64,000 nucleotides of DNA, taken from NCBI RefSeq assembly GCF_009914755.1, contig NC_060944.1; one strand, 5' to 3'. This DNA comes from the human T2T-CHM13v2.0 reference genome, Homo sapiens. The notes beneath the pieces were generated by a model. The model did not search any database. It saw nothing but the letters and a program-made list of their open reading frames with translations, and was not told the DNA's origin. Shown one piece after another: positions 63,819 through 64,000 of this stretch; position 1 is the stretch's first letter; each line of letters opens with the position of its first letter. The translations under genes and the position numbers were made by a program.

Positions 63819-64000
63819 TCACCACTCCTGTGATCAATTGTCCTTGGTTCCCCATGGCCCTTGAGGTCAAGGCCAGTGCCCTGGCCATGGCCCTTGGCCC
63901 TGCAGGGTCTGGCCCCTGAACCCCTCCTCGCACGCTGTGCTCCTCCACACTGGCCTCCAGCATGCTCTGCCTCTGCCAGCTTCAAGGCATCGGTGTCTGC

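Overview
Human (primate) genomic DNA, recognisable as the RPRD1B-TGM2 interval (20q11.23, from recall of the two protein sequences). Left: the distal part of the last RPRD1B (CREPT) intron, its terminal coding exon (+, 10054-10203) and a ~2.5 kb repeat-free 3'UTR ending near 12690. Right: exons 7-13 of TGM2 (tissue transglutaminase) on the minus strand. All splice sites are GT-AG, the phases are consistent, and the exons encode V287-A687. The intron-10 read-through tail of the short TG2 isoform and several 3'UTR poly(A) signals are also present. The two genes are convergent and separated by ~36 kb dominated by transposable elements (old L1s, ~25 Alus, MLT LTRs, hAT MERs, MIR/L2), a 3'-truncated 7SL pseudogene and a 1.7 kb AT-rich tandem array. 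Nearly all ORFs in the supplied track outside these exons are repeat-derived or antisense artefacts. I see no evidence of a new multi-gene system. The best leads are a candidate cassette exon in the RPRD1B intron, a spliceable in-frame ORF hidden in the TGM2 3'UTR, a MIR-derived poly(A) signal for short TG2, a 7SL-L1 junction and the quasi-palindromic AT array. Repeat subfamily calls and repeat boundaries are by eye and approximate.
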